This document shows positions 46,121-56,346 of a DNA stretch of 64,000 nt, in pieces. A model generated the notes under the pieces. It was not told where the DNA came from and ran no database searches. It was given only the letters and a program-made list of their open reading frames with translations. The stretch's first letter is position 1. Each line of letters starts with the position of its first letter. Made by a program: the position numbers and the translations under genes. Origin of the DNA: Spirochaetota bacterium (GTDB lineage Bacteria > Spirochaetota > UBA4802 > UBA5550); the NCBI GenBank assembly GCA_035403465.1, contig DAONFG010000005.1, forward strand, positions 4,479-68,478. The letters are read 5' to 3'.

Positions 46121-46882
46121 ATGGGCAGAATCATCTCCGTTTCAAACCAGAAAGGCGGGGTGGGTAAAACCACTACAACCGTAAATATAGCCGCTTTTCT
46201 TGCAGATAAAGGCAAACGAGTCCTGATAATCGACATAGACCCCCAGGGTAATGCCGGATTCGGCATAGGAATAAACGCGGAGGAGATGGAGACCACACTT
46301 TATGAGGTACTTATAGACCAGATCCCCCTTGAAGAAGCTATATTTAAAACTGAAATCGAACGCCTGTCTATTATCCCGTCCAACATACACCTTTCGGGCG
46401 CACAGGTTGACCTGCTCGACGCGGACGGGAAGGAATTCATACTGAAAAAGAAACTTGAACCGCTGAAGAGCCGTTATGACTATATATTCATAGACTGCCC
46501 TCCATCACTGGGCATACTCACGCTCAACAGTCTTGTTGCAGCGGACTCTGTACTGATCCCGCTGCAGTGCGAATACTATGCACTGGAAGGTCTTAACCAG
46601 CTGCTCAGGATTATTGTCATGGTACAGGAAAGACTTAACAGGGCTCTCAAGATTGAAGGCGTTGTCCTTACGATGTATGATCCAAGGACAAACCTTGCGA
46701 ACCAGGTTGTTAATGACGTACGCGAGTATTTTAAGGACAAGGTTTTTGATTCGATCATCCCGCGTAATGTAAAACTTTCAGAAGCGCCGTCATTCGGCAA
46801 ACCCATAGGAATTTACGACAAGACATGCCCCGGCAGTATGGCATATGAAAAACTCGCAGAAGAGGTTATGAAAAATGACTAA
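46121..46882 (+). CDS. parA: ParA/Soj ATPase
   Basis: [26 protein letters not shown]. Confidence 0.95.
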   Translation: MGRIISVSNQKGGVGKTTTTVNIAAFLADKGKRVLIIDIDPQGNAGFGIGINAEEMETTLYEVLIDQIPLEEAIFKTEIERLSIIPSNIHLSGAQVDLLDADGKEFILKKKLEPLKSRYDYIFIDCPPSLGILTLNSLVAADSVLIPLQCEYYALEGLNQLLRIIVMVQERLNRALKIEGVVLTMYDPRTNLANQVVNDVREYFKDKVFDSIIPRNVKLSEAPSFGKPIGIYDKTCPGSMAYEKLAEEVMKND

Positions 46883-47753
46883 GAAGGCTTTAGGCAAGGG
46901 GCTCGGGGCTATCATATCCACATCACCCACACCCGCCGATGACATGGAAAAAGTTGTTATCGGTGTAAGCAAGAATAATGTAATAGACCTCAACCTTGAC
47001 CGGATCATACCAAACCCGGACCAGCCGAGGACATACTTTGACGAAACCGAAATCCATGGACTGGCCGAATCGATCAAGTCAGTGGGACTCATACAGCCGA
47101 TCATCGTCCGCGAGAGGGAAGGACTGTATGTTATAGTTGCCGGCGAACGCAGGTACAGGGCGTGCAAGTTCAACGAGATGAAGAGCATAAAGGCTATCAT
47201 TATCGAGGCTGATGATGAGCAGAACCTGACCATGGCCCTGATAGAAAATATCCAGCGTGAAAGCCTTAATCCCATTGAAGAAGCCAAGGCCTACAAGGTC
47301 CTCATAAACAGGTTCAAGCTGAAACAGCAGGACCTTGCCAGGAAGGTCGGCAAAGAAAGGACTACCATCACCAATTCTCTCAGGCTGCTCAACCTTCCCG
47401 AAGAGATACAGGAAGGTATTGCCGATAAAAAAATAAGTTCAGGTCATGCGAAGGTTATCCTTTCTGTTGAGGAACCAGACAGGCAGCTCTTTCTGTTTAA
47501 AGAGGTTGTAGAAAAAGAACTCTCGGTGCGTGCCCTTGAGAATATTGTAAACAATGTTAAAGAGAAAAACCAGTCATCATCATCCCAGAAAAAATCCGCA
47601 TTAAAAACTGCCCAGATTAAAAAGATGGAGGATGAACTGGTCGCACGGCTGGGAACAAAGGTCGAGATAAAACATTCAGGCAGCAAAGGCCGTATTGAAA
47701 TAAGTTATTATTCACTTGATGATTTTGAAAGGATTATTGAGAAGATAAAATAG
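46875..47753 (+). CDS. parB: ParB/Spo0J partition protein
   Basis: [37 protein letters not shown]. Confidence 0.95.
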   Translation: MTKKALGKGLGAIISTSPTPADDMEKVVIGVSKNNVIDLNLDRIIPNPDQPRTYFDETEIHGLAESIKSVGLIQPIIVREREGLYVIVAGERRYRACKFNEMKSIKAIIIEADDEQNLTMALIENIQRESLNPIEEAKAYKVLINRFKLKQQDLARKVGKERTTITNSLRLLNLPEEIQEGIADKKISSGHAKVILSVEEPDRQLFLFKEVVEKELSVRALENIVNNVKEKNQSSSSQKKSALKTAQIKKMEDELVARLGTKVEIKHSGSKGRIEISYYSLDDFERIIEKIK

Positions 47754-47785
47754 GTTTACTACGGAAGTGCGACGGGCAGTCAAAA

Positions 47786-48280
47786 TCAGATTTCGTCAAG
47801 GCTGATCTTTTCCACCCTGTCTGCTTCTATATCGAGTATTACCACAGATGATTCATCGTGGCCGTAAACCGCGCCCGGGTTGATTATCCTGCATCCGTTC
47901 GACACATAGTTTTCAAAATAATGTGTATGCCCCTTGATAATGTAGTCATACTTACCCGAGGCCAGGGCTCCCCTGTACATGGGCACATCGTTCCCGTGAA
48001 ACATTACAAAACTTTTACCGTCAAGGCTGAACTCCAGCATCTCCCCGACAGGGTTGAATCCCAGGGCCGCAGCTTTTGCCCTGATGTCATCTGCATCAAT
48101 GATGTCGCCGTTACCCAGGACAATGTAGCATGTAAAACCTTTAAGATACTCAAGCAGCCTCGGTGAAGTAATATCCCCCGCGTGTGCGATTACATTAATA
48201 CCACGCTCCCTGAAAAGCGCGATCGCCTTTTCTGTAGCCTCAATATCATTATGCGTATCAGCGATTATACCCAGAAGCAT
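47786..48280 (-). CDS. YfcE-like metallophosphoesterase
   Basis: IIADTHN, AHAGDI, LGNGD, GHTH, INPG; start ATG 48280 (ORF track extension overlaps metG). Confidence 0.88.
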   Translation of the reverse strand: MLLGIIADTHNDIEATEKAIALFRERGINVIAHAGDITSPRLLEYLKGFTCYIVLGNGDIIDADDIRAKAAALGFNPVGEMLEFSLDGKSFVMFHGNDVPMYRGALASGKYDYIIKGHTHYFENYVSNGCRIINPGAVYGHDESSVVILDIEADRVEKISLDEI

Positions 48281-48287
48281 ACATACC

Positions 48288-50210
48288 TCAACCCAGTCTT
48301 GCACCCAGAGGAATACTTTCATCAGCAAAAATAACAACCGGTTTATCCTTCGGACCTGTCTTTGCAGCCAGCAGCATTCCGTTTGAATCCTTGCCGAAAA
48401 TTTTAGCAGGCTTAAGATTTGCAACCAGCAGGATCTTTTTCCCCTTAACATCTTCAGGGGCATAATGCTGTGCGATCCCTGCAACAATATACCGCTGGTC
48501 GTAACCTGAATCAACTTTAAGGTAAAGCAGCTTATCTGAACCCTCTACCTTTTCCGCTTCAAGCACCTTTGCAACCCTGATATCAACTTTACCGAAATCG
48601 CTTATGTCAATAAGTCCTGTGCCTGCCTCTTTCTTCTCTTCCTGTTTCTTCGGTGCAGCTTCAGGCTTCTTCTCCCCGGACTTTACCTTTTCAATGCGCG
48701 GGAAGAGGATACCAAGATCCCCGAGCTTAAGCCCGGATTTCAGGTTGTCAAGTTTAGCAAGTGGAATCATGCCGGATACAGCAGGCGAGCCCAGTGCCTC
48801 GATAATCTTCGGTGCAAGCGTGATAAGAACAGGAGAAAGCAGCACCGTCACGCTGTATATGGATTCCAGCAGATTGCGCAGTACCGATGCCAGTTTACCT
48901 GTCTCTCCATCTTTTGCAAGCTGCCAGGGCTTGTGTTCGTCAACGTACTTGTTTAGCGACCGGACGAATTCCCAGAGTTTCTCTATGCCTATGCTTGTCT
49001 GGAACTTTGAACAGTGCTCGATGTATTCATCGGAAGCTTTTTTAAAGCCCGCAAGGAGTTCATCTCGCCCGGGATTATCATTTCCAAATTCAGGAATCAC
49101 ACTGTCAAAAAACTTCGTATTCATGTTGAACGTGCGGTTTATAAGGTTGCCAAGGTCGTTCGCAAGGTCGTAGTTTATGCGGTCCACGATTACATCCTCG
49201 TTGAACCTCGCGTCAAGACCGAATGTCATCTCGCGCAGGAAGAAATAGCGTATCTGGTCATTGCCGTATTTGGCAACCAGGTCATCAGGTGTTACAACGT
49301 TCCCCAGGCTCTTTGACATTTTTGCCTCGTCCATGTTCCAGTAACCGTGAACATTCAGGTTACGGTAAGGCTCGATCCCCGCAGCCTTGAGCATCGTAGG
49401 CCAGAAAACCCCGTGTGGTTTTAAAATATCCTTCGCAATGATATGCTGCACCGAGGGCCAGTACTTTTTATACTTTTCGCCGTCAGGGTAACCGATCGCG
49501 CTTACGTAATTGATCAATGCGTCAAACCAGACATATGTGACGAAGTTTTCATCAAACGGGAGCGGTATTCCCCAGGTAAGCCTTGATACTGGCCGCGATA
49601 TGCACAGATCCTCAAGAGCCTCGCCCTTAAGCATCGAAAGCACTTCATTTTTATATCGTTCAGGCCTGATGAAATCAGGGTTTGCATTTATATAATCTGC
49701 AAGCCACTGCTGGTATTTGCTCATCTTAAAGAAATAATTTTTTTCTTCAATGAATTGCGGCTCCTTGTTATGTTCAGGACACTTTCCGTTTACAATCTCC
49801 TTGTCTGTAAGGAACCTCTCGCACCCTACGCAGTAATTGCCGCCGTAACTCCCGAAGTAGATATCGCCGTTGTCATAAACCTTCTGCAGAATCTGCTGTA
49901 CTATCTTTTTATGCCGCGGATCAGTTGTCCTGATAAAATCGCTGTATTTAATACCGATCCTGTCCCATGCAGCCCTGAACTTTCCGCTTATCCTGTCAGT
50001 ATACTCCTGCGGTGAAGAATTATTCGCAGCTGCAGCCGTAACAATCTTGTCTCCATGCTCATCAGTCCCCGTAAGAAAAAATGAATCATGCCCCAGCATT
50101 ACATGGAACCTGTTCATAAAATCAGCAAGGATCGTGCTGTACGCATGGCCTATGTGCGGTTCGGCATTTACATAATATATAGGTGTTGTAACATAAAAAG
50201 TCTCTTTCAT
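48288..50210 (-). CDS. metG: Methionine--tRNA ligase with C-terminal tRNA-binding domain
   Basis: TTPIYYVNAEPHIGHAY, TGTDEHG, KMSKS, Trbp111-like tail. Confidence 0.97.
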   Translation of the reverse strand: MKETFYVTTPIYYVNAEPHIGHAYSTILADFMNRFHVMLGHDSFFLTGTDEHGDKIVTAAAANNSSPQEYTDRISGKFRAAWDRIGIKYSDFIRTTDPRHKKIVQQILQKVYDNGDIYFGSYGGNYCVGCERFLTDKEIVNGKCPEHNKEPQFIEEKNYFFKMSKYQQWLADYINANPDFIRPERYKNEVLSMLKGEALEDLCISRPVSRLTWGIPLPFDENFVTYVWFDALINYVSAIGYPDGEKYKKYWPSVQHIIAKDILKPHGVFWPTMLKAAGIEPYRNLNVHGYWNMDEAKMSKSLGNVVTPDDLVAKYGNDQIRYFFLREMTFGLDARFNEDVIVDRINYDLANDLGNLINRTFNMNTKFFDSVIPEFGNDNPGRDELLAGFKKASDEYIEHCSKFQTSIGIEKLWEFVRSLNKYVDEHKPWQLAKDGETGKLASVLRNLLESIYSVTVLLSPVLITLAPKIIEALGSPAVSGMIPLAKLDNLKSGLKLGDLGILFPRIEKVKSGEKKPEAAPKKQEEKKEAGTGLIDISDFGKVDIRVAKVLEAEKVEGSDKLLYLKVDSGYDQRYIVAGIAQHYAPEDVKGKKILLVANLKPAKIFGKDSNGMLLAAKTGPKDKPVVIFADESIPLGARLG

Positions 50211-50253
50211 CTGTTAATCCTTCTGCTTTATTTCAGGATGACCGGGCAGTGAA

Positions 50254-51114
50254 TCACTTGGACTGGTCATCATCCTCTTTTTTGAATATCTCCTCAAGAA
50301 GCTCATCCTTGATATGATACTTACCGTTACGGACCTCCATGTCGCCCGATTTTATTTCAACATACCTGTCACCCTCTTTGATTGTGACAGAGCCCCTGAG
50401 GCTGTTAAGCGAAATAACAGGGAAAGTTTTCCCGGCGGCAACAACCTCTCCCTCAGAGTCCGGCAGGTGCTCATTCATCTCGCGGTAGGTGTTGTATTCG
50501 AATCCAAGGCAGCAGAGCAGCCTTCCGCACATCCCTGAAATCTTCATCGAGTTCAGGTTAAGGCTCTGCTCCTTGGCCATCTTAATGGAAACGGGTTCAA
50601 ACTCCTCCCGCTGGTAAAGGCAGCACATCGGTTTGCCGCATGGGCCGTAACCGCCTACAAGCCTTGCCTCGTCACGCACCCCGATCTGCCTCATCTCGAT
50701 CCTTGTCCTGAACACCGCGGCGAGTTCCCGCACAAGTTCCCTGAAATCTATCCTGTTCTCTGCCACGAAGTAGAAGATGATCTTTGTCCTGTCAAAAAGG
50801 CACTTCACGGCAACCAGTTTCATGTCAAGTTTCTTGGCCTTCGCCTTTTCCCTGCAGACCGCAAACGCCCTCTCCTCAACTGATACCAGGTCAGGAATTT
50901 TTGCCAGGTCCTCGGGCGTGGCCTTCCTGATCACCTTGCCGTTTATGGGTCCATCAGGCTTGTGCCTGCATGATTTGATTTTAACCACTTTGCCGATATC
51001 GATACCATGTTCAATTTCAACAATGCAGTCTGTATTCTGATTCAGAAAAAAATCATTTGTATCAATAAAATATATCTGGTAGCTATTTCTTAACTTTACA
51101 GCTGAAACTTCCAT
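50254..51114 (-). CDS. ricT: PSP1-domain protein (RicT/YaaT)
   Basis: FYFVAENRIDFRELVRELA..RIEMRQIGVRDEAR..GPCGKPMCC..KISGMCGRLLCCL. Confidence 0.9.
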   Translation of the reverse strand: MEVSAVKLRNSYQIYFIDTNDFFLNQNTDCIVEIEHGIDIGKVVKIKSCRHKPDGPINGKVIRKATPEDLAKIPDLVSVEERAFAVCREKAKAKKLDMKLVAVKCLFDRTKIIFYFVAENRIDFRELVRELAAVFRTRIEMRQIGVRDEARLVGGYGPCGKPMCCLYQREEFEPVSIKMAKEQSLNLNSMKISGMCGRLLCCLGFEYNTYREMNEHLPDSEGEVVAAGKTFPVISLNSLRGSVTIKEGDRYVEIKSGDMEVRNGKYHIKDELLEEIFKKEDDDQSK

Positions 51115-51133
51115 TTAAACCTCATATTATATG

Positions 51134-52129
51134 TTATAACCAGGAAAAATCCGGACTGACCGGAAGTGAAGCATCAATTCCCCGGTATGAATAGAGCATC
51201 CCTTTAAGCATGTTCCTTATATTAAGATTGTTATTTCCCCCCTTCCTGATGGCAAGAAGTATTTTAACTATCTTTGCGGCATCCTCAATGCCGGGCACCA
51301 CTCCCGCAGGAAGAATACTGCTGCGTATACCTGCCCTCTCCCTGAGCGTATAGCTGTAAATATTGATCAGCACAGTCAATAAAAAATCATCATCCGCGCC
51401 TGCAACCTCCGAGGCAAACAGACGGTTTGCACTGCCGCTCTTCACTGCTGACGTAAGCGAAACTGCGAAATCCAGGACGCCCATCATCACCTTTTCATTC
51501 TTCAGCCTTATAGCACAGTCCATTGAACCGCCCGACATGGCAGCCATAAGGTCAACTGAAGATTCCTTTACACCGGATGACGCCAGGATCGATGCCACAT
51601 CCGTATCCGCAAGCGGGTTGAACGTAATATCCATGCACCTCGAAAGGATCGTGGGGAGAATGCCCGACCTGCCCTCGGAGAGCATGACAATCACCGCCTC
51701 GGAATAGGGCTCCTCAATTGTCTTAAGAAGCGCGTTCTGCCCCGCATCGGATATTGTGTGCACCCCGTCGATAAACACAGCGCACCTGCCTGTAACCGGG
51801 ACCCTGGTCATTTTATCAATCAGCCAGCGCACGGTACCCTCTGCAGGTTTCTCCCTGACTCCAACCGGTATCCTGCCCTTTTCATCCCTGTTCAGCACAA
51901 GGTAGTCGGGGAACGATCCGACAGCAATCTGCCTGCACGCGCTGCATTCCAGGCACGGCTTCTGCGTACCTGTACAGTAAAGTGATTTTATGAATCTTTC
52001 GGCAATCATTCGCTTGCCGATTCCGGACTGCCCGGACAATAGGATTGCGTGGGGTATGGACTCACTGCGTGCCAGGCGGTTCAGGAAAGCCCGCTGTTTC
52101 TCATGGCCTTTAATTCCGGAAAAATTCAT
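51134..52129 (-). CDS. holB: DNA polymerase III delta-prime subunit
   Basis: HAILLSGQSGIGK, PCLECSAC Zn finger, NALLKTIEEP, ILPTILSRC. Confidence 0.88.
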   Translation of the reverse strand: MNFSGIKGHEKQRAFLNRLARSESIPHAILLSGQSGIGKRMIAERFIKSLYCTGTQKPCLECSACRQIAVGSFPDYLVLNRDEKGRIPVGVREKPAEGTVRWLIDKMTRVPVTGRCAVFIDGVHTISDAGQNALLKTIEEPYSEAVIVMLSEGRSGILPTILSRCMDITFNPLADTDVASILASSGVKESSVDLMAAMSGGSMDCAIRLKNEKVMMGVLDFAVSLTSAVKSGSANRLFASEVAGADDDFLLTVLINIYSYTLRERAGIRSSILPAGVVPGIEDAAKIVKILLAIRKGGNNNLNIRNMLKGMLYSYRGIDASLPVSPDFSWL

Positions 52130-52150
52130 ACGGTCAGTTTCCGGATACTT

Positions 52151-52609
52151 TCAGTATATCAGATCAAAGATAAGTCCCCTTATCTCCTCGATCTTTTTCA
52201 TCAGCCCGAAGGCGTCACTCTTCACGGTAATCATCCTTGAAAGACCCACAAGGTTCTCATCAATCTGTTTTATGATTGTTTTTTCCGCCCTGCCCAGTCG
52301 TTTCTCTCTAGTTGTAGGTTCAAGTTTCTGCGACTCAAAACCCTGTTCGAGGATCATCCTCAGTATTTTTTTCACCAGGAGTTTATACCTCTCAAGCTCG
52401 TACAGCGACTGTGAATCAAGAAAACGCTTCTCCTGGTCCTGCAGGTCTGTCATAAGCTCGTCAATCCCGCCCGCGTACACGGAACTGATAATCCCCTCTA
52501 CTTCAGCAGCGAATTTAGTACCCGCAGTGCCGCTGATCCCGGACTTCTTTTTTGACCTTATCTCGGTCCTGGACTGCTGCTTAAGATCAGCTCTTGGAAT
52601 TTCTATCAT
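52151..52609 (-). CDS. YaaR (DUF327) family protein
   Basis: LERYKLLVKKIL..IIKQIDENL..KKIEEIRGLIFDLI; position upstream of holB. Confidence 0.8.
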   Translation of the reverse strand: MIEIPRADLKQQSRTEIRSKKKSGISGTAGTKFAAEVEGIISSVYAGGIDELMTDLQDQEKRFLDSQSLYELERYKLLVKKILRMILEQGFESQKLEPTTREKRLGRAEKTIIKQIDENLVGLSRMITVKSDAFGLMKKIEEIRGLIFDLIY

Positions 52610-52612
52610 TCG

Positions 52613-52972
52613 TTAGTCACCGGGCCTTTTATTAATATGACAGTTGCCCTCAAACTTCACACCCTCTTCCATTACCAGACTCGGTGTGATTATATTGCCC
52701 CGGACATCTCCGGTCGACAACAGAATTACACGCTCTGTCGCATAAATATTTCCCGAAACAGCGCCGCCCACAACCACGAGTCTTGCCTTGATGTCAGTGA
52801 TTGCGTCCCCGCTCTGCCCGATAAGCACCTTCCCGTGAGTATCAATCGTACCCTGAAATTTCCCGTCAATCCTCAGAAGCCCGTTAATCTTGAATTCACC
52901 TTTAAACTCAGATCCTGCGCCGATAATGCTGTTTACAATGCTGTCTTCATCAATCCTGTTTATTTTAACCAT
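52613..52972 (-). CDS. Bactofilin (polymer-forming cytoskeletal protein)
   Basis: SIIGAGSEFKGEF..LRIDGKFQG..GGAVSGNI..EEGVKFEGNC. Confidence 0.9.
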   Translation of the reverse strand: MVKINRIDEDSIVNSIIGAGSEFKGEFKINGLLRIDGKFQGTIDTHGKVLIGQSGDAITDIKARLVVVGGAVSGNIYATERVILLSTGDVRGNIITPSLVMEEGVKFEGNCHINKRPGD

Positions 52973-53508
52973 TTTTTAACTCGCCATGTTTATATTCACG
53001 ACATAATTCACATTCTGACGATCATTTCAAGCACAATTTTTACCTGATTCCAATGTATCCGCTCCATATATACAACAATATTTTTAGCAGAATAAATCAC
53101 AATATCCCAAAATAGCCATCACAAATGCATTGAAGTCAGCTCATCCCCTTCAATGATATCACAACAATGCTCTCACAATGAGTAACTGGAAGCAAATTAA
53201 TGGAGACCATAAAACGCCCGCCCCAGGTATCCATGCATGTGGTATATATTCAAAAAAAATGCAATAAGAGGTGATGTTTTCCTGCCGGCATAAAACGGGA
53301 TGTATTAAAAAACCGGCTGCCGTATTTTATGCCTCACAGGAACAGTAATCCAATACAAAATCATAAAGAACATTGCTATATTTACACCGTTATATTACTT
53401 ATATTATGTTGACAAATTTCCAATTTAACTGAATTTATTAATCATCGCGGCGGATTTTAAACAGTCCAGCCCGGTATTAATATAACTTTATTTCCAGGAG
53501 TTTTACAG

Positions 53509-53958
53509 ATGAAAAAAATTTTCCCCCTGGTGCTGTTAGTCACATTGCTGACATCATGCTCAATGTCATTTTTACGGAATGAGATGCAGATTAATGACCT
53601 GATCCAGTACAAGGAAAAAATAGACCATACGGATAATCCTGCCGAAGTCTATATAATCAAGGCAGACCTTTCTTCTAAGGTTATCAGCCTGAAAGGTCTT
53701 ATTGTCAAGGACATCATTGAATCTACCAACGTCGATTACCAGTTCTGTGTGGTATCCGAACTCCAGACAGGGAAGGGAAAAATTGAATGCTACATCTTCA
53801 CAAAAAATATACGCAGGATTTCCCACCTTGAGAAGGGTAAAACCATAATCGATGTACGAGGCGAATTCAACAGGTTCTTTTCAACGCTTGATAATTATTA
53901 CACAAAAGTCGAAATCATCAACAGCAGCATAACAATAGTTACACCGGACGGGAAATAA
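53509..53958 (+). CDS. Hypothetical lipoprotein, possible OB fold
   Basis: Lipobox LLTSC; ISHLEKGKTIIDVRGEF. Confidence 0.65.
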   Translation: MKKIFPLVLLVTLLTSCSMSFLRNEMQINDLIQYKEKIDHTDNPAEVYIIKADLSSKVISLKGLIVKDIIESTNVDYQFCVVSELQTGKGKIECYIFTKNIRRISHLEKGKTIIDVRGEFNRFFSTLDNYYTKVEIINSSITIVTPDGK

Positions 53959-53981
53959 ATCTCTGAAAATCGGGTTCTGAT

Positions 53982-56261
53982 ATGACACTGAAAAAGAAAT
54001 TCTATGTTTCAATTTTCACGGTACTCGGCATTATAATAATTGCCATTGCAGCATTACTTATAACATGGAACGTGATCAGTATATCCTATGACACAAGCGA
54101 AAAAATTGAACTGCTGGATTCACAGATTACCATTACACGCGGCGAAAATGGAATTCCGACAATCGAAGCATCTACCAGAGGAGACATGTATTTTGCCCTG
54201 GGCTATATCCACGCCAGGGACAGGCTTGATCTAATTGAAAAAAACCGCGCCCTTGCGACAGGCAACTCATCAGATTTTATTAATAACAAAGAGGAGAGCA
54301 GACTCTTTGACACACTGGCAGGCACAATCGGATTTACCCGCAGGGCGGAAGAAATATTTACAAAGCTATCACCCGAACAAAAAAAGTCCATTGAACGATA
54401 CTGTGCAGGGATCAACCATATCCGCAAGGACAGACCCTCCAGCTTTCTTCTTCCCAGGGACTGGTCACCACGGGATGTAATAGCTATCCTTGTTATGAAA
54501 GAATGGACAAACTCATACCTGAATAATCTCGAACTTGTAATAAACATGCCTGACGAAAAAAAGAATATTCCCGGCCGCGTAATTCCCGGGGATCAATACA
54601 TACATTATTACTCGGCAGAACAGGCAGTTTTTCTGAAAACACTCAGATCAATCAAAGATCTGATTATAAAGTATTCAGGCACTTTTAACAGGGGACTTTC
54701 TGTTTATGTAGATTCAACCCTTGATGCATCCGGGGAAAATTACTATTCAACATTTACATATTACGATTACTACTCCACATACCCCGGATGGTATCCTGTA
54801 AAAATACTGATGAACAATACCACAATAGATTCAATAACCTTCAGCGGACTGCCTTTCATGTTCGCATTTAAAAATTCAGAAATAACAATGCTGCATTTCA
54901 ATATTAACGCCGATACCCAGGATTTCATAATAGTTGATACCGCGGAAAAATCGAACAGAACCCAGTACAGGCTCAATAACACATGGCGCGATTTTAAAAC
55001 AGAACGTACACCGGTTGCTGCTGCCGACGGATCAATCAATAACGAAATTGTGTGGATAACCGACAAAGGTCCTGTACTGAATAATCCCGGCAGCAACAAC
55101 CAGTCACTGGACAGGATCCTTGTACTTAACTCGGTCTTTCCAGGCGCAGGTTATGTAATGATGCTGCTCGATACCCCGTTTACAGGCAATTTAGCTGACA
55201 TAAAAAAATATATAACCGGAACTGACGCTTCACTCAAGTGCTTTATGGTGATAAACGGGAATAATACACTCAAGGGATATTCAGGATATATCTCATCATC
55301 CCCTGATAAAAATGTTTTTAAAAACGGGAGTGTATTTATCCGCTCTGATTTTACCGGTTACAACTGGTTTAAAAACGGGATGGCTGCAGACTATGCGGGG
55401 AGTGATGTTCTGGCGCCCGGAGACCTTGTATCATACAGAAATTCAATAATTACCGAACCGCTTAAAAATGAACAGCTTAACCGAATGCTTGTGCTTAAGC
55501 GTGTATATTCTGAAGAAAAGATAATCGAAATTATTAATGATAACCACTCGGAAGCGGCAAGAAAATTCATCCCTGTATTCCGGGCAATAATTGAATCAAA
55601 TCCGCTCACTTCCGCAAAGATGACCAAAATCTACTTCAATGACTGGGACTACAACGTGCTTAAAACAAGCCAGGCAGCGTCAATTTTCTATACAACACTT
55701 AACTATTATATCAGAGAAACTCTGAAAGATGAATTCGGAGATGATCTTTCATACAATATGACGAATGCACATCTTCTATATAATGACTTTTTCAACATGC
55801 TGACAATGAAAGAGCAGCTGCTCTATGATAATCCTGAAACAGAAAATCTTGAAAACCGTGAAATGGTATTTGATATTTCATTTTTCAACGCCATGCGTTT
55901 CCTTAACAGAAAAACAGGCCCGCTGATGGATGAATGGGTACTCGGCAGAACCAATACTGCGATGTTTACCCTGCCCCGGCTTAAATACAATGTCCTGTCA
56001 TATCTTTTTAAACCTGAACCAATAGCTGTTGATGGAGGCCCGGATACTTTATCAGGTGTTGTTACTGATACTGAGTATCGTCCAGTATCCGGCGTTTCCA
56101 TAAGCGGGTATATGAACAGCAATGTATTTAAATTCTCAATGAATACCGGTTACTCAACATCGCTGCTATCGGATTTTTTCTATGGAAAAACAGTCCGTAT
56201 TCCTTTTACTGAAATAGGCAGCATAAACCCCATGTACAAAACCGTACTCTCAAAGAAATAA
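53982..56261 (+). CDS. Penicillin acylase (Ntn-hydrolase) family protein, catalytically degenerate
   Basis: ITRGENGIPTIEA..YFALGYIHARDRL N-terminus and TDKGPV are family-typical; no GSNNW/NDPH. Confidence 0.75.
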   Translation: MTLKKKFYVSIFTVLGIIIIAIAALLITWNVISISYDTSEKIELLDSQITITRGENGIPTIEASTRGDMYFALGYIHARDRLDLIEKNRALATGNSSDFINNKEESRLFDTLAGTIGFTRRAEEIFTKLSPEQKKSIERYCAGINHIRKDRPSSFLLPRDWSPRDVIAILVMKEWTNSYLNNLELVINMPDEKKNIPGRVIPGDQYIHYYSAEQAVFLKTLRSIKDLIIKYSGTFNRGLSVYVDSTLDASGENYYSTFTYYDYYSTYPGWYPVKILMNNTTIDSITFSGLPFMFAFKNSEITMLHFNINADTQDFIIVDTAEKSNRTQYRLNNTWRDFKTERTPVAAADGSINNEIVWITDKGPVLNNPGSNNQSLDRILVLNSVFPGAGYVMMLLDTPFTGNLADIKKYITGTDASLKCFMVINGNNTLKGYSGYISSSPDKNVFKNGSVFIRSDFTGYNWFKNGMAADYAGSDVLAPGDLVSYRNSIITEPLKNEQLNRMLVLKRVYSEEKIIEIINDNHSEAARKFIPVFRAIIESNPLTSAKMTKIYFNDWDYNVLKTSQAASIFYTTLNYYIRETLKDEFGDDLSYNMTNAHLLYNDFFNMLTMKEQLLYDNPETENLENREMVFDISFFNAMRFLNRKTGPLMDEWVLGRTNTAMFTLPRLKYNVLSYLFKPEPIAVDGGPDTLSGVVTDTEYRPVSGVSISGYMNSNVFKFSMNTGYSTSLLSDFFYGKTVRIPFTEIGSINPMYKTVLSKK

Positions 56262-56273
56262 ACAGCTGCACAT

Positions 56274-56305
56274 AAAAAAAGGCTGCCCATCAGGACAGCC
56301 TTTTT
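56274..56305. terminator. Bidirectional terminator between the acylase-like gene and groEL
   Basis: Minus strand A5-GGCTGTCC-TGAT-GGGCAGCC-T7. Confidence 0.85.
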
Positions 56306-56346
56306 CAGGACAAGGAGTTACAACCCCTTGTTCATTATAACCGGTT

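Noticed and set aside
46000-47800. parS site or replication origin near parAB
   Set aside because: No TGTTTCACGTGAAACA-like palindrome, DnaA-box cluster or dnaA/gidAB genes were seen on reading.
47786-48514. 242-aa ORF call for the phosphoesterase
   Set aside because: The first 78 codons overlap metG in another frame and look non-coding; ATG 48280 is the credible start.
53279-53342. Imperfect long hairpin (GGCATAAAA/TTTTATGCC) in the 536-bp divergent gap
   Set aside because: No recognisable RNA family, terminator tail or repeat; could be chance in AT-rich DNA.
55088-55102. GSNNQ motif in the acylase-like protein as a possible catalytic Ser
   Set aside because: It lies after the TDKGPV segment, far inside the beta chain, not at the expected beta-1 position.
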